Assembly (NCBI GenBank): GCA_964016885.1
Contig: OZ024744.1
Coordinates: forward strand, 113,274,001 to 113,338,000
Reading direction: 5' to 3'
Source of the DNA: Eledone cirrhosa
Lineage: Eukaryota
DNA: 64,000 nucleotides
The first letter of the stretch is position 1, and each line of letters opens with the position of its first letter. Positions 46,691-64,000 of this stretch are shown here, one piece after another. The notes under the pieces are model-generated. The model worked only from the letters and a program-made list of their open reading frames with translations, searched no databases and was not told the DNA's origin. The translations under genes were made by a program, and so were the position numbers.

Positions 46691-46791
46691 TGTTTTCAAC
46701 GAATCTGACCTCCAAACTCGTCGGAAATGACTCGATTTTTAGAAAACGAGTCATTTCCGACGGGTTTTGGAGGTCAGATTCGTTGAAAACA
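46691..46791. repeat. 101-bp near-perfect palindrome in the first intron of the zinc-finger gene
   Basis: tgttttcaacgaatctgacctccaaactcgtcggaaatgactcg / cgagtcatttccgacgggttttggaggtcagattcgttgaaaaca. Confidence 0.9.
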
Positions 46792-47656
46792 AAAAACAAA
46801 ACAAAACAATCGAATGGAGAATGTCTATCATAATTTTACCATATTTTTGAGTGTCGTGTGAATTTCAACCGTTCGAAACACCATAGATTGGTGTTCGAAG
46901 CCGGATGTTTTATGAAATGAACATCCAGAAATAAAATAAGTTGTGTCCCCTAATAAAGTTTCCAGTGAGAAAAAAATAAAAATAAAAAAAATAAAAAACA
47001 CTTGTATTTTAATTTAAACCTTAAAACAACAGGAGGTGGATATAAATTGATCAGCTTAAAAACAATTATCTTTTAGACTAATTTATTTGTAATGATCATA
47101 GAGTCAAACCCAGCAGCTATACAAAATATTTAGAAATAACTAAATAAAAGGGGGGAACACTCTCAGCTTGAAATGTTTACTCCTGCAGGAAATTATTATA
47201 TTTCACATATATTGTAAAGAAATCACTATATAAAAAAAATTCCCAAATCACTTTTGAGCAATTTTATGGCTTGGTGAAAAAACTTGACCTTGCTACTAAG
47301 ATAATAAAAAATTTGTAATGAAAAGGAAGGTCGGTGATCGATTGTTTTATAAAATGGTATTTTATGTTGAGAAATATTAGTACGAAGAAAAGAATATTTA
47401 GAAAAGAGAGATAAGCCAGTTCGGTATAAAGGAGTAGAGTCAGTCGACCAGCGGTATGTAGAGTAAGCACATATTTCTTTTTAAACTGATTCTTCTATTA
47501 ATCTGTTCATGAAGGGAAATATAAGGAGCTATAAACAACTGCAGCAAGGTAACATCATTGTTATATTTCTAACATTCACCGTCCAATTCACATTGTCGTA
47601 ACCTTCAAAATACTATTTCTTTCATTTTACACACTACTTCAATCTAACTACGACAC

Positions 47657-47697
<41 letters not shown>

Positions 47698-49446
47698 ACC
47701 CAGCTAATTTTTAATAGCTAAATATTTAAACATCCTTATAAATCTATGCCATGACAGTATTTAATACCACTTACAGATAACACGGAAGGAAAAAAAAAGG
47801 CGAAAGAAACATAAATACGAAATTTAAAAAAAAACAACAAGGCCAGATATAGAACAGTTCTAGTTTTTTTTTTAGAAAAGGGAGGAGGAACACTTGCAAT
47901 TTTTTTTTTTTTACAATTAATTTCTTTTACATAGAATTTTTTTGTTTTCTTAACGAATCTGATCGTTAGTAATTATTCGTTTCTTAGTTAAACGTGCCTC
48001 ACGACAAATGTCGGAAGAGGGAGTAGAAGACACTAAAATTTTAATTATAAAGAAAACTCCGATGTGCTCTTCACTATTTTCGACAGATTCGGGCAAGTTG
48101 AAAAAAAAAATGTCATCGAACGAGAGACGGGCGTAGATTTATACATTTACAAAAGAAACTATATTATACTTATTCTCTGATTAAGAGCTTAATTAATTAA
48201 AATATATATATATATAGGTAAGTGCCCCCCACCTCAACTAATTCTTGGCGGGAAGAGGCAGGCATTAAGTGCTTTTTTTAACAGGATACGCACACACACA
48301 TAGATATATATAATATAGATATATATAATATATATATATATATATAAAAAATGTCTCACTAGCATAAACAACTTTTTCTTGTCGATCATAGAAACGAAAT
48401 AGAGAAATAGATGGAAAAATTAAGTATTGAGAGAAATTTGAAAGCTTAAGTGTTAAATATGATAATGTTTGCAGCCAAGTTGATGTGTTTTATTATGAGT
48501 AGTTTGCAGTGATCGAGGTAGCGTGACGACAGGTCTGGGCTCAAGGAGAAAAAAAAATCGGATTTTTATAAAAGCCCCGTGGTAAAAAAAATACGTATTT
48601 TAAAATAAATTCCTTATTGTGATAAAACAAAACAACAATTTACAGCACAGGAAAATAAAACAGTTGTCTGGTATATATTTTATTTGTTTGAAAATACGAT
48701 GTAATGTTATTATCATTGCGAAATGGGAATTTAAATCACGCCGAAGTCAGTTTCGCCTTTCTTTCATTTTTCCGGGATTAATAAACTAAAGAAGTACCAG
48801 TAATATATTGTGTTCACTGCCCTCATCGACCCCTCCGTTTCCCAAACTTACTGGCCTTATCTGTTACCAGAATCGGTAGAGCGTCGAACAACCGTGCTTG
48901 GTGTCATTTAGTTGCGGCCATTTACATTCTCAGTTCAAATCATACCGTCAATAAAATAAAGTACCAGTGAAATACTGTGTTGAATTAGCTGCCCCCCCCC
49001 CCCCCCCCCCACAAATTACTGCTCTTGTGCCTGTCTTTTGTTTTAGAAACAATAATTATCGTGGAATGTCTATTTTAAAGTTAAATATAAAATATATCAA
49101 TGGAGGACTCCAAAGGAATATATTTAAAAAAAAATTTTTTTTTTTTATTAAGCAGTGTACTTAAATTTTAATTTTTTCACAGAATGTGGTTAAAAACAGA
49201 TATAAGTAAATTGGGGATTATTTGGTGAAAAGAGGACATAGAATATTTACATAGTGCAATTTATAAATATATTATAATAAGACAAAAATTAGGAGAAAAA
49301 AAGCCGTGAAATATGACGAGACTAAAACATGAAATTCATTATAAAGGCTGCGCACTTCATTTCAGTTATGGCGAAATTTTATTTCATATATTTAGCTGCC
49401 TCAAAAATATAGAAAGATTTTAAACTATTTTCAGAACCATATGCGC

Positions 49447-50432
49447 GTATATATATATATTATATATATATATATATATATACATACACACATATATACA
49501 TATACACACATATATACATATACACACATATATACATATACACACATATACTCACATATATACATACACACACATATATACATATACACACATATATACA
49601 TATACACACATATATACATATACACACATATATACATATACACACATATATACATATACACACATATATACATATACACACATATATACATATACACATA
49701 TATATACATATATACATATACACATATATATACATATATACATATACACATATATATACATATACACATATACACATATATATACATATACACATATATA
49801 TACATATACACATATATATACATATACACATATATATACATATACACATCTATAGACATATACACATCTATAGACATATACACATCTATAGACATATACA
49901 CATCTATAGACATATACACATCTATAGACATACACATCTATAGACATACACATCTATAGACATATACACATCTATAGACATATACACATCTATAGACATA
50001 TACACATCTATAGACATACACACATATATAGACATACAAATATACAAGTATATATACATATATACAGACACACATATATACAAGTATATATATACACACA
50101 TATATATATATACACACATACATATATACACGCATATAGACATATATATATACACACACATATAGACATACATATATATATATATATACATAAATGTACA
50201 CATATATTTGTATATATATATACATACATACATATATACTCATACTTGAAAATGTAGGAATTTTTAAGAAACACACACACAGACATATATATATATATAT
50301 ATATATACATATAATCCAAAATAAAAAATATCGGTCAGATGTTATATATATATATATATATATAGCATATATGTCGCAATATGAAATTAAGTAAACACTA
50401 AATTATAAAGATATATATATATATATATATAA
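49447..50432. repeat. Compound (TA)/(CA) microsatellite with 18-bp sub-arrays (catatacacatctataga)
   Basis: Direct reading of the sequence. Confidence 0.95.
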
Positions 50433-50599
50433 TGTAAAATATATAGCAATTAATGCACCTTACAAACATCGTAATATAAAAAGTAATACACACACATGCA
50501 GTACACAAGAGCGCAACACATACACATACATACACACATATACACACACGTAAGCAGAAAAATGAATACGAAAGAGACATGAAAATGTAAGATAATTAG

Positions 50600-51320
50600 T
50601 AGCCGCCGCCATTTTAATTCCCATTTTGTGTGTTTCGTCAAGAGGACAGAGAGCAGCAACTCCGGCACTGATTGAGGCCGCTTTACAAGGTAAATAAAGC
50701 AGTAAAAGCATCTTCCAATACAGCAAAATGAAGTTGAAGGATTAAGGATTAAAGTTCGATAAGAAAACCCGAGTTACCCACCAAGAAGACTGGCAAAAAA
50801 CTAATGCAAAAATTGTCGCCCCTGTACAGGGGCAGTAACCGCGTGACTTTAGCCATTTTGAAAACCTAAATTCAATCTTAGTTATCGCCCGTTATAGAGC
50901 TTCAAATATCCTCCAAAAAAGGGTAAATCACCGCAACTTACCTTTAGCAAAACCCTGGAAAATGCCACGTTCGGCTTCAACAGGAATTCAAGTAGCTGAC
51001 AATGAAAGGATTTGCGACTCCAAATCAGTCAAACAATAAAGACGCCATTTGCATCATCACTGATTCTAGAATAGGCGAAATATTACCCATGATGCACTAA
51101 CGAAACATGTCGTAGTCTTTCGGTAATTTCCGTAAGCTGACTGGTTGCTAAGCCCCCACCCCCGGGCATGGAAAATCCCGAAGAGACCAACTTGAAATAA
51201 ATATTTTCTGGTCGGTAATGATAATAGTGATGCCCACATTTAAAGGATAAAAAGGCGGTGTAATACGGATGAAGTAAATTATTTAACACGTGTCTCCCAA
51301 CGCGAACACGTTATGATGAT
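50600..51320 (-). promoter_or_regulatory. Putative promoter and non-coding first exon of the zinc-finger gene
   Basis: CpG-richer unique island with a strong donor AAAG|gtaagt at 50941 (exon ends 50942). YY1-type motifs (G)CCATTT at 50606-50615, 50621, 50852 and 51043 all read AAATGG on the minus strand. Confidence 0.6.
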
Positions 51321-51357
51321 ATTGCTTAACTGGTACATGAAGAGAGAAGATGTCTGT

Positions 51358-51521
51358 GTCTGTGTATGTGTGTTTAATCATGTACGATATACAATATTGT
51401 CGTCTGATCAGCGGGAACCTGCGAAACTCAGACCAGCAACAGAAAGTAATTTCATATATATATATAAATGATCAGACGACAATATTGTATATCGTACATA
51501 ATCAAAAACACATACACAGAC
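51358..51521. repeat. Fold-back element with ~53-bp inverted arms enclosing a hammerhead-like hairpin
   Basis: gtctgtgtatgtgtgtttaatcatgtacgatatacaatattgtcgtctgatca versus tgatcagacgacaatattgtatatcgtacataatcaaaaacacatacacagac. Confidence 0.75.
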
Positions 51522-51529
51522 GTATAATA

Positions 51530-52494
51530 TATATATATCATTATATTAATAATAATAATAATATATATATTATTAATAATGATAATATATATATTAATAA
51601 TAATATGTATATATATATATATATATATATATTGTGTATATATATATATATATATTGTATATGTATATATATATATATATATTGTATATATATATATATA
51701 TGTTGTATATATATATATATTGTATATATATATATATATGTTGTATATATATATATATTGTATATATATATATATATATATATTGTATATATATATATAT
51801 ATATATATTGTATATATATATATATTGTATATATATATATATATATTGTATATATATATATATATATATTGTATATATATATATATATATATATTGTATA
51901 TATATATATATATATATTGTATATATATATATATATGTATATATATTGTATATATATATTGTATATATATATATATATATATACAATATATATATATATA
52001 TTGTATATATATATATATATTGTATATATATATATATATACAATATATATATATTGTATATATATATATATATTGTATATATATATATATATTGTATATA
52101 TATATATATATTGTATATATATATATATTGTATATATATATATATATTGTATATATATATATATATTGTATATATATATATATTGTATATATATATATAT
52201 TGTATATATATATATATATTGTATATATGTATATATATTGTATATATATATATATATTGTATATATATATATATATATTGTATATATATATATATATATT
52301 GTATATATATATATATATATTGTATATATATATATATATATTGTATATATATATATATATTGTATATATATATATATATATATTGTATATATATATATAT
52401 ATATTGTATATATATATATATATATTGTATATATATATATATATATTGTATATATATATATATATATATATTTTATATATATATATATATATAT
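51530..52494. repeat. (TA)n microsatellite punctuated by TTG
   Basis: Direct reading of the sequence. Confidence 0.95.
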
Positions 52495-52621
52495 TCCATT
52501 TATCGTTTCCGGTGTGCCCGGCCTACTAAAATCACTCGATATGCAAATTAGGCTACTCAGCCGTTATATGCATAAGGAAAGTATATACTTTCAGACGTTC
52601 AACCATCTGGCAGGAAAGTAT

Positions 52622-52664
52622 ACGATGCTGACGATAGCTAATAAGCTTGAAACTAGTACATCGT
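52622..52664 (+). ncRNA. Minimal type I hammerhead ribozyme
   Basis: ACGATG-CTGACGA-tAGCT(aata)AGCTt-GAAA-C(ta)G-TA-CATCGT. 6-bp stem I, intact core, palindromic stem III ACTAGT, GUA cleavage triplet (cut after 52658). One U-U pair at the base of stem II. Confidence 0.8.
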
Positions 52665-52974
52665 TCCTGTGTCAGTGTTGAACAAAAAAAAAAAGGTGAC
52701 GTGGTTGCCTAAATGCTGTACGGCGCATTTTGGGCTGTTTGTTTGTTTACAAACGGACAAACCGATGCGTGCATATGTATGTGTGTGCATGTATGTATAT
52801 ACGTCTGTATACATATATGTATGTACGTATACATACTTACTTGCATTTGAGTGAGTGCCGTGCTAGGAGTGAGAAAGGAAATTTCGTTTCATTTTATTCC
52901 ATATATATATATTTTATATATACGTTATTCCGCGTTGAATCGGTACTCAATACATAGCAGAGTATAAAAGTTTT

Positions 52975-53080
52975 AATATAGATGAGATTCTACACGACTA
53001 GAACTGTTTCATTTTTTAGAAATCATCAATGATTTCTAAAGAATGAAACAGTTCTAGTCCTGTAGAATCTCATCTATATT
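52975..53080. mobile_element. 106-bp fold-back made of two opposed hammerhead 3' halves (Penelope-like inverted terminus)
   Basis: aatatagatgagattctacacgactagaactgtttcatt.tttagaaatcat / atgatttctaaagaatgaaacagttctagtcctgtagaatctcatctatatt. Preceded by actcaatac...agagtat, as at 22176. Confidence 0.65.
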
Positions 53081-54672
53081 TTATATATATATATATATAT
53101 TTTATTTATATATATATATTTTATTTATATATATATATTTTATTTATATATATATATTTTATTTATATATATATATTTTATTTATATATATATATTTTAT
53201 TTATATATATATATTTTATATATATATATATATTTTATATATATATATTTTATATATATATATATATTTTATATATATATATATATTTTATATATATATA
53301 TATATATTTTATATATATATATATATATTTTATATATATATATATATATTTTATATATATATATATATATTTTATATATATATATATATATTTTATATAT
53401 ATATATATATATTTTATATATATATATATATTTTATATATATATATATATATTTTATATATATATATATATATTTTATATATATATATATATATTTTATA
53501 TATATATATATATATTTTATATATATATATATATTTTATATATATATATATCTATATTTTAAATATGCAAAAGTTCTATTTAAAATTGTTGCGATACAAC
53601 AAGTAAATATTTTATAACTGATATAAAGCACTCGACAAGTTTTTGGAGTAGATATACGATATTAATAAATGGAAACTATATTTATAGTTTCCATTAATAT
53701 CATATATTTTATATATATATATATATTTTATATATATGTTTATTTTATATATATATATATATTTTATATATATATATATATTTTATATATATATTTTATA
53801 TATATATATTTTATATATATATATTTTTTATATATATATTTTTTATATATATATATTTTATATATATATATATTTTTTATATATATATATTTTTTATATA
53901 TATATATTTTTTATATATATATATTTTTTATATATATATATTTTTTATATATATATATTTTTTATATATATATATATTTTATATATATATATATTTTATA
54001 TATATATATATTTTATATATATATATATATTTTATATATATGTTTATTTTATATATATATATATATTTTATATATATATATATATTTTATATATATATTT
54101 TATATATATATATTTTATATATATATATTTTTTATATATATATTTTTTATATATATATATTTTATATATATATATATTTTTTATATATATATATTTTTTA
54201 TATATATATATTTTTTATATATATATATTTTTTATATATATATATTTTTTATATATATATATTTTTTATATATATATATAATTTTATATATATATATATT
54301 TTATATATATATATATTTTATATATATAATATATATTTTATATATATGTTTATTTTATATATATATATATATTTTTATATATATATATATTTTTATATAT
54401 ATATTTTATATATATATATTTTATATATATATATTTTTTATATATATATTTTTTATATATATATATTTTATATATATATATATTTTTTATATATATATAT
54501 TTTTTATATATATATATTTTTTATATATATATATTTTATATATATATTTTATATATATATATATTTTATATATATATATATTTTATATATATATATATTT
54601 TATATATATATATATATTTTATATATATATATTTTATATATATATATATATATATTTTATATATATATATTT
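53081..54672. repeat. (TA)n/Tn microsatellite with a ~305-bp higher-order repeat, interrupted by a repeat fragment at 53560-53701
   Basis: Marker atgtttatttt at 53736, 54040 and 54346. Confidence 0.9.
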
Positions 54673-55968
54673 TAGCGGCCAATAGTGGTATCAGCTCTCT
54701 AAACTTTTTCCATCCCGTTCTGACTCTAGCTACTGTACTTTCAGAGCACCCTCCACCACTGCTGATTTTGTCACCGAGGTAACGGTAGGTGTCCACTATT
54801 TCTATAGAACCCTCTGTGCAATGGAATGAGCTAGTATTCTGTGGGCACTTTGCTGCTACTTATTACACCTGAGCACCGGCCACATATAAAATCTATATTC
54901 TTAGTTAGCTTACCTGTGATCCCACTACATCTTTTATGCACCCATACTTTGCATTTGGGACATAAAATGGAGTTTCTACCTACTCCTTTCCTACACATTG
55001 AGCATGGCCATTTCCTTGATGGGACCGGTGCCCTATTTTCAGTCCTACAAACTAGAACTTTAGTCTTGGGACAGGTAATTTTAAGGCCTTTTGATTCTAG
55101 GCCATGCTTCCATGTTTGGAATTTCTTCGTGGTTCCGCCATTGATTCAGCTATGAGCGTTAGATCATCTGCATATAGGAGTTCCCTTTTTACACTAAACT
55201 CTCACTATATTCGTTATTAATTCTAACCTTGCTCACTGTTTCTTATACATGGCTTTTATAGCTCTTACAAGCCATTCATCAACACCTAGTTTTCTAAGAG
55301 TCCACCAGATAATGGAGCGGGGGACTCTGTCAAAGGCTTTCTCCAAGTCAACAAAAGCTAAGTATAGGGGTTTACTTTTAGCTAGGTACTTCTCCTGTAG
55401 TTGTTCGTACAATGAAAAGAGCGTCTGTTGTACTTTTACTTGACACAACCCGAACTGCATTTCATCTAGATCAATTCGCTCCCTGATTAGTTGCGCTATT
55501 TACTTTTTCTCTGACCTGGTCAATTCATTTAATGCCTCTATAGTTACGCTAGCTAGGGCATCTCCTTTACCTTGTAGCAGTTAATGATGATGCTGTTATG
55601 CCAGTCCTTCGGAACAACCCCATTCTGTATGACTTGTTTTACTATCCGGGTGACCATAGTGTGTCCCACCGTTCCAGATGCTTTCAGCATTTCAGCAACT
55701 ATTTCCAAAGGCCCAGCCGCCTTACCCGTCTTCATATCTTTGATTGCCTTACTTATTATACTACCTTTACTTGCACTGGCTGGTCCCTCTATTGGATCGA
55801 TGTGGGGAGACTGTCTTTCTCCCATTTATTCTCCTCATTTAGTAGCCTTTCGTAGTGACACTTCAAGCTACCTTCTTATCAGCGTCAGTGATGGCAAGTA
55901 CACCATCATCATTAAGTACACACTTCTCCCTGACAATATCACGGTTTTCCTTGACACATTGCCTAGCA
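54673..55968 (-). mobile_element. Decayed RTE LINE internal fragment between AT microsatellites
   Basis: KTGKAAGP, KPLYLAFVDLEKAFDRVPR, KWPCSMC and YRYLGDKISSGGG. Confidence 0.9.
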
Positions 55969-56332
55969 ATATATATATATATATATATATCGTATATATA
56001 TATATATATCATATATATTATATATATCGTATATATTATATATATATTATATATATATACATATATATCGTATATATTATATATATATATATTATATATG
56101 TATATTATATGTATGTATGTATATTATATGTATGTATGTATATATGTATGTATGTATAGTATATTATATATATGTATAGTATATTATATATATGTATAGT
56201 ATATATATATATGTATCGTATATTATATATATGTATCGTATATTATATATATGTATCGTATGTTATATATATGTATCGTATGTTATATATATATATATAT
56301 TATATATATTTATATTGTATATATATAATATA

Positions 56333-56778
56333 CTAGCAGTGGTACCCGGCGTTGCACGGGATAAGGTATTTTGGAACGCGGGCCGCCAACAGACCTAATC
56401 GTGGAAAAACTGCATACCTGTACAATATGTAAAGAAATAAACCGAATACTCTCATTGCTGGATAATCTTTAAGATTTTCCTCGATGTAGCAGGAAAATGC
56501 AGGTTTTCACCTGATGCGGGCCCTAGGGGATCAAGAAAATGATGTGCATAACACACACTGAAATATAAGTAATACACATGTAAAGTTGAAAAAAGTCGGT
56601 TGGGTACTTCTCGAGTTTTAGGTATTCAATTACACAGACACACACACACACAGACATCCTCAGGGAAGTGACATAATGCAGACAGCCAGACACACAGACA
56701 GATATTATGTATCTATCTAAAAAGAGAAAGACTAAGAATTATAGAGCGAGATCGCTAAATCGCCTAATGTGGTCCCTT
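56333..56778 (-). mobile_element. Non-autonomous Helitron-like element related to 47-734
   Basis: The reverse strand ends cccgtgcaacgccgggtaccactgCTAG|t. The other end is ctaatgtggtccct, with shared gcagacagccagaca.acagacagatattat. Confidence 0.6.
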
Positions 56779-56836
56779 ATATATATATTATATATATATA
56801 TTATATATATGTATATATATATATATATATATTATA

Positions 56837-56874
<38 letters not shown>

Positions 56875-57067
56875 TTATATATTATAGTAATTAATAAATA
56901 TTTATATATTATATATATATATATTTATATATTATATATATATAATATATATATTTATATATTATATATATATATATATATATATTTAAATATTATATTA
57001 TATATATATTTATATATTATATTATATATATATTTATATATTATATTTATATATATATATATATATT

Positions 57068-57112
<45 letters not shown>

Positions 57113-57319
57113 ATGTTATATATATATTATACATATATATATATTATATATTATATATATATTATATATATATATATATTATATATTATATTGTATATAT
57201 ATATATTGTATATATATATTGTATATATATATTGTATATATATATATTATATATATATATATTATATATATATTATATATATATATATAATATATATTAT
57301 ATATATTATATATATTATA

Positions 57320-57363
<44 letters not shown>

Positions 57364-57371
57364 ATATATAT

Positions 57372-57432
<61 letters not shown>

Positions 57433-57470
57433 ATATATATTATATATATATTATATATATATATATATAT

Positions 57471-57503
<33 letters not shown>

Positions 57504-57566
57504 TATATATATTATATATATATATTATTATATATATATATATATATTATATATATTATATATATA

Positions 57567-57630
<64 letters not shown>

Positions 57631-57662
57631 ATATATATATATAATATATATATATAATATAT
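56779..57662. repeat. (TA)n/(TTA) microsatellite running into the assembly gap
   Basis: Direct reading of the sequence. Confidence 0.95.
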
Positions 57663-57862
57663 NNNNNNNNNNNNNNNNNNNNNNNNNNNNNNNNNNNNNN
57701 NNNNNNNNNNNNNNNNNNNNNNNNNNNNNNNNNNNNNNNNNNNNNNNNNNNNNNNNNNNNNNNNNNNNNNNNNNNNNNNNNNNNNNNNNNNNNNNNNNNN
57801 NNNNNNNNNNNNNNNNNNNNNNNNNNNNNNNNNNNNNNNNNNNNNNNNNNNNNNNNNNNNNN
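57663..57862. other. Assembly gap (200 N)
   Basis: Run of N. The round length suggests an arbitrary scaffold join. Confidence 1.
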
Positions 57863-57872
57863 AGAATCCCCA

Positions 57873-57915
57873 GTCACTGAAGAGGTCACAGAATGTGTGA
57901 CGAAAGCACTTTGAC
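57873..57915 (+). ncRNA. Minimal type I hammerhead ribozyme
   Basis: GTCA-CTGAAGA-g-GTCACA(gaatg)TGTGAC-GAAA-G(ca)C-TT-TGAC. All core nucleotides are present, with a 6-bp stem II, a 2-bp stem III and a CUU triplet (cut after 57911). Confidence 0.8.
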
Positions 57916-58048
57916 AATATATAAACAACCATCTGGTTGTGGAACCAACCAACCAACCGGAAATTTATAAATTTATTATAATAAATTGAAGTGAAACAAC
58001 TGGTGCGTGTGTTTCTTATTGGCAACATGACCCTCCCAAAGTATAACG

Positions 58049-58079
<31 letters not shown>

Positions 58080-58083
58080 ACTA

Positions 58084-58265
58084 TCCGGAGCTTCCAACAG
58101 CAATGGTTGCATTCTTTAAGGCTATGTCAATATGTATTTATAAAAATGATCTATATTATATTTTATCTGATGAAAGCACACCATAATTAACTTGGTGTCC
58201 TTGAAATATGTATAATGAAATAAATATGGTTTTATAAATATAGTTTCCATTTGTAAATATATCGT
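58084..58265 (+). mobile_element. Second copy of the hammerhead-like element at 18773-18953
   Basis: tccggagcttccaacag.aatggt.gcattctttaagg...atCTGATGAaagcacacca...tggtgtccttGAAAtatgtataatg. Confidence 0.7.

Positions 58266-64000
<5,735 letters not shown>

Overview
Eukaryotic, AT-rich and repeat-dense animal genomic DNA. It is most likely a coleoid cephalopod such as Octopus; this is an inference from the RTE-type LINEs with (GAT)n tails, the tRNA-derived SINEs and the very long (TA/CA)n tracts. Two host genes lie on the minus strand. (1) The 5' coding exons of a GSTCD orthologue (6371-6736 and a 36-nt exon at 759-794); the gene continues past the left edge. (2) A 3196-aa C2H2 zinc-finger/AT-hook protein whose entire CDS (35750-45340) is one uninterrupted ORF. 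It has a likely non-coding first exon and a YY1-motif-rich promoter near 50.6-51.1 kb, and a likely intron starting 3 nt after the stop codon. The rest is RTE LINE copies (one near full length, with a PHD-type finger inside ORF2), their partner SINEs, Helitron-like and TTAA MITE-like elements, transposon-derived minisatellites, microsatellite tracts and a 200-N gap. The most notable unannotated signal is a set of minimal hammerhead ribozyme motifs from several distinct sequence families. Two look essentially intact (52622-52664 and 57873-57915). Several sit in fold-back elements resembling Penelope-like or retrozyme termini. All calls are by eye; no database searches or folding programs were run.
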